From assembly GCA_964016885.1 (NCBI GenBank), contig OZ024742.1, positions 296,794,001 to 296,858,000 on the forward strand: 64,000 bases of DNA. The letters are read 5' to 3'. This stretch comes from Eledone cirrhosa. Its lineage: Eukaryota. Of the stretch, positions 26,253 to 38,360 are shown in pieces. The notes beneath the pieces are model-generated. The model made no database searches and was not told the DNA's origin. It worked only from the letters and a program-made list of their open reading frames with translations. A program made the position numbers and the translations under genes. Each line of letters opens with the position of its first letter. Position 1 is the first letter of the stretch.

Positions 26253-27067
26253 ATGCCTGCATACGGACAGCAATGTTGCATGGCAGTGAGACCTGGGCAT
26301 TGTGTGCAGAGGATATACGCAGACTAGAGAGGAATGAAGCTTGCATGCTCCGCTGGATGTGTAATAGTAATATACGTGAACGGCAAAGCATAAACGAACT
26401 AAGGAAAAAATTAGAAATAAGAGGGATCAGATGTTGTTTACTCGAGAGAAGGCTACGTTGGTATGGTCACGTGATGCGCATGAAAGACGATAGCTGTATA
26501 ACAAAGTGCAGGGCAATAAAGATAGACGGTAGCCACGGAATAGGCAGACCTAGAAAATCCTGGGACGAGCTGATAAACTCCGACCTCACACACTTACACC
26601 TCTCCAAGACAATGTCACTGTACCGAGACCTTTGGCGGTACTCAGTAATAGAGAAGACCCGCCTTACCTAAATACATAGTAAAACCTACTACAGTCAGTA
26701 GGCATCTCTAACAAAATACACCCCGTCCCACGACCCCCACCCCATCCACACCGCCCCCTTCTATGTAAAGTTATGTTGGTGCTACACCATCCAGGCCGAA
26801 ACAAATGAGATCGTATAGGTGTCACAACAAAAAATCACACAGTCCACGCTGTAATGTGGCCGTGTAGGCAACATGGTAAAAACCTCCCAGACCCACACTG
26901 TAAATGTGGTTGGTGTTAGGAAGGGCATCCAACTATAGAAAACCTGACAGACAGTCCTATGCGAGCAAGACAATCACTCTTGCCTCAAGTGGGAGAACCC
27001 CCGTCCAAACCCATGCAAGCGTGGAACACGGACGTTAAACGTTGATGATGATGATGATGATGATGAT
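26253..27067 (+). mobile_element. RTE LINE family B, short 5'-truncated copy
   Basis: ORF 26273-26671 nearly identical to the C-terminus of the 46733 copy; 3' UTR and (GAT)n tail. Preceded by a tandem duplication of about 29 bp (26194-26252). Confidence 0.95.
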
Positions 27068-30000
27068 ACTGAGCTTGATAAATCTCTTGAAGATGGCACC
27101 CAATAAAACCAATAAAACCATTAAAAGAGCATAACTAATTATGAAGCTCATTTCAACAATTACCTAAATTTGGACCAATTTCTAAATAATAAGTGTTCAT
27201 ATTCAACCTAATTGTTTCTAAATAAAGATGTTAGAATAGGTACACTGTATCCTTGTGTAATGTAAGTGGTGGCTAAAACCATTGGCACCTGGTGGAAAGG
27301 TATTTGGCTGTAAAACATTCCCTCAAAAAGAGTAAAGGTTAGAGCTTAGTAAACAGGGGAAATTGCCTTAAAACACTTGTTGCTGAGTTGCAATTACACA
27401 ATATTTGTTGTGTGAATAGCTTAAATCCATGTCAAACGCTCTTACATAATTCTTATGAAAATTCAAATTAGATCATTTTTTTTTCTTCAGAGTTCATAAA
27501 TTCAATGTATTTTCAATGATTTTCTATTATTTATTGAAATTTTCTTTGTTTTTGTTTGCTTTAACTTTGTTGTTGTTGTTTTGATCATGTCTGTTTGTCA
27601 TTGTTGTTGCCCTGCTGCTATAATTGTCTTCTCATCACTCGATCAGAATTCATTCTACTTTCAGTTATCTTCATTTGTATTTATTCTCTACAAAACTTCA
27701 ATCGATGAAAATCAATGGAAATTTAAAATTATAATTAAGGAGGAAAATTGAACTAAAAAATGTATTCAAAAACATTGTAAATAATAGAATTCTTTGGCAT
27801 AATATTCTGAAGTTGCAAATTTTCAATTTTGTTTGATTTTGTTTGTATTGTCACAGTTTAAAACTTTTAAAGACTAAGAGACATATATGTGTGTTGAGAT
27901 CTAAACATCATGTAAACCTATTTACAAGTTGTGTAAAATGTAATGGTATTATACGAGAACATGCATAGGGCAGTGAATTGGTAGAATTATTAGAGCATTA
28001 TATATTTTGCATTGCAGTATTTTTTCTGATTTCTCAACTGCTGAATTTAAATCCCATAGAAGTCAACCCTCCTGGGTTTGATAAATAACATACAAATCAA
28101 GCAAGTACTAGCGTTGAGATTACCTATTGTTGCATACCCCACAAATTTTGGCTTTGAAACATTTACTTCACATGAGGATCTATAAAAATATGCTTGTTCA
28201 TCTTCCGAATTGAAGTAAGTCTCAGTTGTTTTAAGTAATCAGTTTAAAGTTATTTGAAAGGAATGTAGGATTGATGGATTCCAAAATAGTGTTTGATATG
28301 TTTTATGCTCTGTTTTTATCATATCTTGATAATTTACCAATAATATAGAAAACAGAGTATATGTCCAACCAATGCAAGTGTGGAAAAACAGATGCAAAAT
28401 TGATGATGATGGTAATTATAATGATGATGATGATGCTGATGTACCAAGTATATTCTGTAAAATAGTAGATGAATGAGTGAAGACAACATAGGATTTGGAA
28501 AACACTTTAGTCCTGCTAGGATATAATTTCTCTGGTGTCGATGTTATGATAAAATACAAAATTCACACATTGTAAAACATTAGGGAGGGCATCCAGCCAT
28601 CGAAACCATGGAGTGTTTGAAAATGTAGTTGGTCTTCTGATTCATTTAAGATGATGTTAACTTTGCCATGACAATCCATCCAACCTATACCAGCATGGTG
28701 CAAATGATGATTATGACCATCATACATCAACATTTTCCAAAAGAAAGGCTAACAAAGAAAAAATGCAGTGATCCGAAAATATATCCAGGTGGAAGTTCAG
28801 GTAGAGTTTAGGTATCAAACCAGTTTCAGGGTGAAAATACAATGTGAGAATCCAATGAATTTGAGAGATCCACATCAGTGTTGATATATATATATATATG
28901 TATGTAGTAGTTCATTTGGTTTATCTTATTCCAACTACTACCACTAACATTTATTTAAAATAGAAACCCCTAACTTTATAGAAGTATATATCTTGGTTAT
29001 TTCTTAATTTTAATCAAATCCATCATTCCCTTTCTTCTCGATCTAGTCTGTCTTAATGTTTCCATTTTATTAAGGACAGAAATAGTTTGTTTCTTTTCTA
29101 TTTTATAGACGGTGCTGGCCTTGTTCCTATAGTAGTAATAATTATATAGAATATGTTACATTTCCAAGATATTTCTGAGAATATTTCAGTATTTCATGAA
29201 AGATTTTTATATTCTTTCTATCCACTTATCTTTTGAATGTTTGCTGCATAAAGTAATTAATCAATGTTGTTACTGCTGTTGCTGATCATGATGATGACAA
29301 TGATATTAGTTACTGTAATGTCTATGCAAGCTGAATTACATTTGCTATTAACATGTGAGTGTCGAAAAATGGACATTAAAACGATGACGATGACGATGAT
29401 GATGATGATGATGATAATTACTTTTATTTTCTATTAGATTTTGTTTCCTGTGGATCCATAGATAGTAGATCATCTATATTGACTTTTGTATTACCTCCTC
29501 TTTAAGTTCAGCAAACTATAAGACACAACTAATTTTGTCTTTGTATATTTCTGTTTTATTTTAGTTCAGTATCTATTATAGTATTTTTTAGTAATATACT
29601 ATAGTAGATACTGACATAGGTATTTGGTTAAGAAGTTCACTTTGCAATCATATGCTTTCAGGAAAGATCACACTGCATATTATTTTGGGCAAATGTCTTC
29701 TGCTACAGCTTCAGGTTAACAATTTATGTGATTTTGGTGAATTTGATATACAAAAACTTTGAGCACACATACGTGTATGTGTGTGTGTGTGTGTGTTAGT
29801 CTCTATGCGTGGGGGACATATACAAATGATGATGCTTCTTTATGCTCCACAGCTGATGAAGATCATCAGATATCCCATACTTTAATAACATATGGGATGG
29901 GGTCACGAAGGGCACCCAGCTATAGTGACTGCTTCAAATATGTCTTATTTAATTCATACATCATGGAAGAAATGAACGCCAAAAAATGATGATAATGATG

Positions 30001-32274
30001 TTGGTGATGATTATATATATGATAGCAATTGTTGTTTTATTTGTGTTTACAATGTTTGTATTTTTGCTGGTTTATGGTTCATTGTGTTTTCAATATTTAT
30101 TGACTTATTCAGAAAAAGAGGAACAGCCCTCATGATTTTTTGTTGATGGGAAGAAGATACGCCATATTCCCCAGATTGGTGACCTCCTTGATTCCACTAA
30201 TAGCCACTAGAAGGATCAGCTTTCATTTGTTTTCAATTATGAGTGCTCCAGTTGTCCAATCAATAGAACAGCCTTTTCATGAAATTAATCTGAAAGTTGC
30301 TTAGTATAACTCTCACATATGTACCATTAAGATTATCTGAGGGAGATTGAGCATAACACAGTATACAATAAGATTGGTTCTTTGAATGACAGATAAAATT
30401 CAATTTTCGTTTTCCAAATTTCACTCACTAGGCATGGATGATCATGAAACTGTAAAATTTAACATATCTGCTATGCAATAGAACTGAACCCAAGACTTTA
30501 TGATTGTGAAGTGAAGTTCTTACACGTTTAGCTGACCAGATAATGTTGTTAAATCTGGTGATGGATTAAGTCATTCAAGAACAGGAAAATTCCCTCCAAC
30601 AGACTTTCACACAAAAGGTTTTGGTCAATCTAAAACCATGGTAAAAGTCACTTGCTTAAGATACTGTGCAGTGAGATTGAACCTGAAACCGTATAGAGGT
30701 GAAACCAACTTTTTAACCAAACAGTCATGTTACCGTATAACACATAAACTCTTTTTGGAGATATTTTGGTAGATGTATTTGAGTGCTTTTGAAACAACAT
30801 TTACAATTTGGGATTATATCAGACTGGAGGCTCAGTCAACTACGTTCAGTGACTGAGTACAATGCAAAACATACTAGATAGATGGTGAGAGAGTAAACCA
30901 TTATTGATTAAAAACAGTAACTTAAGACATTTCTAAACTTATTGATTGATGTTTACTGGTTCTATTCCACAAACTTTTTGTTTTTATCATGTAGTTTTGT
31001 AGACTCTCATTTCATATTTTAATTTAACATTTAATACAATGACCTTTTCTCCGATATTTGGGTGTACCACATGAAATATCGTTTTTCGATATAAACCAAT
31101 TTTAGGTTATGGTTATACATGTTAGGTAATGTAGTTAATGGTTTAATCTATTTTGTATCAATTGGGTAGCTTTTATATTCATTTTGTTTCACTTTTAAAG
31201 TGGTGTTTGTCTTGCAAGCACTGATTCTGTGACCTTCAATAATATGGTGACTGTAAAACAAACATTACATCTTTTTATATATGGATTCACATATATAATG
31301 GAAAGTACAAAACGGAGAACTGGTAGGAAAACACTTTGCAGAAGACTTGGTAGTTTCTGTTACCCTTGTTTCCTGGCATTTGTGTGCCATTGGAAAAGTA
31401 AAGAAGTTAGATATTTATATATAATAAAAGATTCATGAATGAAGGAACCATAGCTGACACATTTTAGCCATTAACAGTTTCAAAAGATGAAAAGAGTTTT
31501 GTTTTATTGTAGGTTATCTAATTTAACATCATGATGGAAAAAGTCAATAAGATATATGGAGCATATTTTGATTAAGAAAATGTGTTCAAAGTTTTTGTTA
31601 TGATATCACTAATGAAAAGCAGTGCATAAGCTTGTCAAATAATTTTGAAAATAATTTAAAACTTGATGGGATTTAGTTATATAACTAACTTGCAATATCA
31701 AGTTGGTGGTTAGAGCATAGTTTAACAAAGATTTTTAGATAAAATTATAATGGAAATTTCTTAGCTAAATATATTTTTAAATGATTTTCTATGTTACTAA
31801 ATCTTTGTTTATGAATGACAAAAAGAAAGAAATGGTGGAAAGAATAAAAGGGGCAAATTGGCAAGAGAATACTCTGTATCCTTTGCTGGATCCCAGGGAG
31901 AAGATAATGTAAGTGTTGCTGCAGAGAACAGTTATCAATACCCACTATGCCAGACACTCTATTTGTGGGGCTCCTTCCTTAGGTATCATCTCAATTTGGC
32001 AGAGGGAACTGGCAATCCAGAGATTGAGGACACCTTCTTCTTCTTTTTCTATTGTAGGAAACTGTACATCTAAATGGCAACCAACATAAAAAAGAATTCA
32101 TCAGTCAAACAGAACATTTAGCAAATAACTATTAAATCCATTCGTTTTAAATAGACATTATGTATCACTGAATTACAGTATTTTTCAACAAATCAGGCAA
32201 TGAAATGAAACACAAAAGGAATAAATAGAATGAAAACGAATGCAATAAGGCAATAAATGAAAAATGAAAGGTAC

Positions 32275-32357
32275 TATATTGAGCTGATTTATTATTAAAA
32301 GAAAAGGAAATACCATAAAATGTGTGGGACATTACTTTATCTCTTTTTCACATATCT
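32275..32357 (-). pseudogene. Candidate paralogous signal-peptide exon (copy 2, frameshifted/deleted)
   Basis: CCTGCAG acceptor, GATAAAGTAATG start context, ...FPFLLIINQ; aligns to 8645-8739. Confidence 0.28.
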
Positions 32358-33834
32358 GCAGGAATTTTGAATATGTAAATTCAAAACGATTGATTTGTAG
32401 AATAAAATATTTAAAATTCAATTATGTTTAATGAAGAAAATATGCAAATTACTGTAATTAATTTAAACGAGTGTAAAATAAAATTATTGATTCAATGTAG
32501 TACAGCGATTTATGGGAAATGCTGAAATTCATATTTATCTATTTATTTATTCGATCAGTTTAAATATCTGTGATAAGCCATAAAAGACTTTAAAAAGTAT
32601 CTAATAGCACTTGTAAATAAGAAATAAGAAATGAGAGGAATAGAAGGCACAAGAAACAAAAATAAGAAGAAGGCGATATAGAATAGATAAATGTTTATGT
32701 TGTTGAATCTTTCTGTAGTCTCCAAATGTTAACGTTTATAAATATATCACCCATATATCAATATATCACCCATCCAATCCTGATAGTTTTTTAAAGACCA
32801 GTTTTAAATAGATTATCTTCACTGTATAGATTGTCTTGTTTTTACATTGGAACAAATAATGCCAGAACGTTTCTGGAAAGTCTCCACAAGAACATAAAAG
32901 TGATTACATACGACCTGTTGTTGATAAAATATAGTTTACAAGAATATGACCTGTTCGAAGCTAAAACAAATTTTGCTTCTTAACCTTATTCAGGGCCTGA
33001 TATGTTTAAGATTTTGACAGATCTGAGAAGTAGGACGACAAAGATTTTATAGCTTATCTCTAGATTCTTTCCAAAATTTTCCACACCCTCGACTGTTTTT
33101 AGAGAATGATATACCTAGTGATAAATTTGCAATGTATTCTATATCTATTAGTTCTCTCAGTACCTCCTCTTTTACTAATTCACCTACTTTCCTGTTTCTC
33201 CTAATATCTGTATGAAGGTCTGGTATCCAAATTATGTGTTTATTATTTTCTAGTTTGTGCAGAAAACTCTTAATTTTACTTACCTGACTTCATTTTTAGC
33301 ATTGAAATATTTCTAGGTTTAATAAACTATCAATTAATAGTGAGTCTTTTCCCCCATATAGATGTTATCATTCTTCATGAAATATTGATATTATCATTCT
33401 TCAAGTAATTTGAAACTCATATTTTTATTATTATTTTGAAAATAGCAATTAGTTCCATACCCTACTCTATTGCCTGAATGTGACACATCTATATAACTGA
33501 ATCATTTGTTAAACTAGATTGACTATAATGTTGCTATGTTGTTCTTTTGCTTCATCTTGGTTTTACAATTGTTATTTTGAAGGATTTTAATATCATACTG
33601 TTTTTTATGTTAACATATTATCTACTTAAATTGAAAGAATGCTAATTCATTCTTACATTTCTCTCTGCAAAGTGACGGCAAAAATATCTCAATAACTTGA
33701 TAGATTTAATAAAGATAAATGGACGTATTTATGCAACATTTTTGTGGTGACTACAACAATTCTCATCTCACAAACTTTGGATAATATAATCTAGTCAATA
33801 TCACATGAATCTAATTTACTAATTTTTTTATTAT

Positions 33835-33883
33835 TTTGTACTGATGATGCTGAAAAAAGCAGAAACAATAAGTTGTATATGAA
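33835..33883 (+). ncRNA. Compact type I hammerhead ribozyme motif
   Basis: TTTGTA-CTGATGA-TGCT(GAAAAA)AGCA-GAAA-CAA(TAAG)TTG-TA-TATGAA: all core nucleotides present, 4-bp stem II, 4-bp stem III, 6-bp stem I with two G-U pairs. Confidence 0.7.
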
Positions 33884-34559
33884 TTGTAAAATATACCATA
33901 GCGAAAATTGAATGAATAATATTTAGTAATTCAAAATATAATTCATATGGTTAGTCATATTTAACTAAGAGAGTTGTATCTCCCAGTATGTTTTCCCCAC
34001 TTGCAAAAGAAACAAAAGCAGTCAATGAAATACAAGTTTACAAAAACATTATCATCTGTCAAGACATGAGTCTTAGATCCTCGAAACCTTTGAAGATTTC
34101 TTTTGTATTTTCATTAAATTTGATATACTACTATTTCTAGTCTATCTAATATTGTCAAAACATTTCCTAATTCATTTTCAAATATTTTGCATACTGTGAC
34201 AATATCATAAATAACACAATCACTACTACATACCAAAAAACTGTCAGTGTATTCATAATTGCACTAATTTGACTGTTTCTTTAGAAGTCATATCTTATGA
34301 CCACTAAAGGGTCAACATATGAAATTTATCTTTCTAGAATATTTATAAACATCTAGGAATATATATATTTTCCTAGAGAGAGAGAGGGAGCGAGAGAGGG
34401 AGGGGGTTGAGGGGGGGTGGGGGAGAACTGTAAGTATAGATATCTATATAATACATAATACATAATTTTCTTGTATAACTGTCCATTTAGGGATAATAGT
34501 GCCTTCTTCATCATCAACACAAGAGAAAGATAAAAAGCACATACACATATATATGATCG

Positions 34560-34990
34560 TTGTTCTGTGGAGAAGGAATAGCCCTAGTGGCAAATGCATT
34601 ATCTGGAGTCCATGAATGCAATATGTGTGATGAGAGAAGAGATGAGTGAATTGAAAGTGCTTGTGAGGAAATGGCCCAACACTATTCTGATGAATAGGAG
34701 ACACTGAAGTAGCAGCAGAAAAAGAATGTGTGAAAGAAGAGACAGTATATTTGTTGACCAGAAGTTGGATGGTGTTGGTAAGTCACTTCATGCCATTCAA
34801 CTGAGCAGCCTTTCTTTGAATGCAGCCAAGAATGCTTGTGCATAGATGAAATTGTTGTTAAACGTACTTTATTTCTTGCTTTTTTCCTTCCAATTGTCAG
34901 ATAGCTTGCAAACTCCCACTGCATCCATCATGGTAGTAGGTGTAGTAATATACTTTACCTATGACTCCTTTTGTGTAAAAATACTAAATA
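34560..34990 (-). mobile_element. Degenerate non-LTR retrotransposon ORF2 remnant
   Basis: Decayed WEKAYLVFLHK and CIQRKAAQL...LTNTIQ patterns; similar to 10770-11120. Confidence 0.4.
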
Positions 34991-36041
34991 TGCCTTCTCC
35001 CATTTTAACTTCAGTTCACTAATATGCATATATGCTGCACCACTGTACAAATAGATTACTTGCTAGCTACAACTGTCTCACCTACGATACACCACAGTAA
35101 GATGTATTATCAGATGGCCAATCTCCAGCCATGGTTTGATCAGATATTATGCTATGTTTGAAGTATACCATTGCTTAATAGATAAAAGCACCATATTTAT
35201 CTTGAGGCTACCTTAAATTTAGCTATTAATGTTAGGATAGACAGCCTCTAGAGGTTTTAAAGATATGCAAGTAAAGTAATAAAATCCAAGATAGCCTGCA
35301 TCAATTTAAATAATATCACTTTTCTCAAGCCATATAAATCATCAGCAGTTTAGGTTTGTTAAATCAAAGACTACACTTAAGAAAGGAATTCGATATTGCA
35401 ATTTTTCTATCCAATGCACATATTTTATCTGATTTATCATTTTCTTTTTTGTCATATTGAAAATTTTCTTTTAAATTTCCAAGCTAAAAATACATTCCTT
35501 GTCTTTGTGCTATTATTTCTGCTACACTAATAGTGAGGCCAATTGAAATGACTCATGTATGTGTTAGTGGAGAGAGTTATACAAATGAGGCGATGTTGAA
35601 AAATATAACAATATCCAGCTGTTGCTGTCACTTAATGTCCTACAGGTGTCATTGCGAGTGCTGTGTCTATCTGCTTGGAAGTCAGATGAATAGGTACTAT
35701 GTTTAAGGGAATCTCCCCTCAAAATTATTATTTGTCATGTCCAAGAAAGCATCTCAACAGGCCTAGCAGGTTTATGACTAAGTCACAGAGATATTTTATG
35801 TGTCCAGTCACCCTTTTTAACTTTAAGTATCAGATTTGAAGGAATCACTAGCTAACAATTCCAGAATGTGTAGGGAGTTGATCAGTTGTTACTTCAAAGG
35901 TGACTAACAGCAACTAAATGTATGACAAAGCAAAGCTGGATGTCTCATCAGTTTACAAGTGAAAATGCACCTTTTATAACATTTTCAATAGAAGATAATT
36001 GGTTAGAAAATATGATTGTTGATATAGGAAAGAGATTGGTT

Positions 36042-36438
36042 TGTAGTGACCTACATTCCGCGGGCTCACATACATTCTCTGTGCGTGTTTTGGCTCAGCT
36101 CAGCCAATCAGCGCCAGTAGAAGAGGATGTATCCCTACGCGTCCTGGGGGAGAAATTCCCCGCGAAGATTTGAAGAATCTTCCTCTTGCACCAGGAACTT
36201 CGAACCAGCAACACGTACATGTGACGGTGAGATTTTGCACCTTAGCCTGCCGGCTTTCCGGCGCAATGGCACATTCCCTTTTGTAACCTCATTTTATGTG
36301 TAACTTCAACCATATAAGTTAACAAACATTATTTGTGCTACAACAAAAATAAACATACATTTCATCTCTAATTTCTGCTGTTGACATCATTATTATGTTA
36401 CTCGTGTCTCAATAACATGTATAATCCATGCTGCTAAA
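36042..36438 (+). repeat. 5' LTR
   Basis: TGTAGTGACC...GCTGCTAAA; contains CCAAT, TATAAG and AATAAA motifs. Confidence 0.92.
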
Positions 36439-37971
36439 CTGGTGACCGACGTAAGAATTTTACGCAGCCTTTTTATTCAGTTGAACTTCACTGTTATTAC
36501 CACGTTGCCAACCTTTTCGCAACTTACGAAAATACAAAATATTCCTTTTAAAATTTTAAAAAAATTAGCAGTATTTCAAAAACTTTTCGCCACGGGGAAA
36601 TTTCAAAATGGCTACCGACAAGTCCTGTCTACAATCAACAACAACAACAACAACAGAAGCAGCAGCAGCGACAACATTGTTTAACCACTAACCAACAACA
36701 GGGAATAGTGAAATGGGAGCTTCATAGCCTTACCGACGCAACCAACACACAACATATTGTTTACTTCTATGCTTTCACATGTATTTTCAAAATTATAACC
36801 CGGAGACATTTTTTCTTTCGATGCGGCTCCCTGCAATGCAGGCGGGCAACACAACCTTATGTCACACAAGGTGGCAGGACGGTAAAATGGCCACGAAAAC
36901 TCTCAAAAACAATATACATCTAACCCCTAGTGGCATTAACAAACTTCTTTTTCAGTTTTCAGATAGAACTAGTGTCAGAAAGTCTGTACACTGGTGATGT
37001 GTGAACTATTTGACTTTGAAAAACTTTGAACTTATCATTGAGCATTAATTTCTCTGCTCCCTTATATTGACTTTGAATTATCAGTTTGTTACATTCACAT
37101 ATTTCTTTGTAAAATGCATTTACTTGTTTTTTGCTATTTGCTTTGCTCATGGTTTTTATTCATTCACATTCTTTGCTGTTTTACATGCCTGCATATGCAC
37201 ACATTTCTTTGTCACCTACCAACATGTTGTTCTTAGTATATGTTCTTCAAACGTAATATTCTGCGAGACCCTTTTCACCTGGTTGAGGTGCCGTCACATG
37301 CTAGCGACTCATAGAGCTTAATTCACCTGGATTCAAACAGGCACCGCAACACGAGAATGCTAATTGCAGCTGAACTCAAACAGTTTCGCATCTCGTTGCA
37401 CACTCATCATCCATAACAACCTCTATGTTGTTACCTTACCCAACTCACTGGGAAAACAACAAATAGAACTGGACTTGTCAGCATTTCCACCACTTCTGTG
37501 GATTCGCCCGAGTTATGGAATTTACACTGCAACCCACCTACAGATTCAACTTGCTTTTTTTTCTTTTCAAAGCAATCAGCCATTTTTTCCTGGCTCCCTA
37601 GCACATTCGGCAATACATCTGGGAGGCCAACATTTTCTCGCCTATCCATCACCTTCTTGCCAGCACTGGTAAACTACCATAATAGCTTCATCCACAGCTA
37701 CTGGTACAACACTTACCATTAACATTTAATGCAAGAACAGCAACTTCGCCCATGTCAGACTTTATCCGTTTTCTGTTAGACCTTTGGTGTTCACGTATAA
37801 ACTACAAAACAGCTAGTCATTTGACACAGCGGCTCAACACGGCCCTTAGCGCCTCATTTTTTTTCTTGCATGCATCCTTCTGCTCAATTATTTTTTCACT
37901 GATGTGCTCTTTCAGCATTTGTTCTTGCTGATTCAATAATCTGTATCGACTTCCGTCTAGGAGGGGGGTAT

Positions 37972-38360
37972 TGTAGTGACCTACATTCCGCGGGCTCACA
38001 TACATTCTCTGTGCGTGATTTGGCCCAGCTCAGCCAATCAGCGCCAGTAGAAGAGGATGTATCCCTACGCGTCCTGAGGGAGAAATTACCCGCGAAGATT
38101 TGAAGAATCTCTCTCTCTCACACCAGGAACTTCGAACCAGCAACATGTACATGTGACGGTGAGATTTTGCACCTTAGCCTGCCGGCTTTCCGGCGCAATG
38201 GCACATTCCCTTTTGTAACCTCATTTTATGTGTAACTTCAACCATATAAGTTAACAAACATTATTTGTGCTACAACAAAAATAAACATACATTTCATCTC
38301 TAATTTCTGCTGTTGACATCATTATTATGTTACATTATTATTATAATCCATGCTGCTAAA
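37972..38360 (+). repeat. 3' LTR
   Basis: Direct repeat of the 5' LTR with a few substitutions and two short patch differences. Confidence 0.92.

Larger units (their letters stand above)
36042..38360 (+). mobile_element. Internally deleted Gypsy/Ty3-type LTR retrotransposon
   Basis: LTRs at 36042-36438 and 37972-38360; 4-bp TSD GGTT; PBS-like TGGTGACCGACGT at 36440; PPT AGGAGGGGGG at 37959-37968. Gag-like FQNYNPETFF followed by integrase-tail-like TQGGRTVKWPRKL* ending at 36923. Confidence 0.93.

Noticed and set aside
1795-35345. Isolated CTGATGA/TCATCAG matches (about 1795, 9292, 18068, 21090, 29853, 32098, 34687, 35339)
   Set aside because: No properly spaced GAAA with paired stems II and III; expected by chance in GAT-rich DNA.
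36924-37958. Possible env-like or antisense gene in the LTR element
   Set aside because: Only short ORFs (up to about 100 aa) in several frames, with no recognisable motifs.
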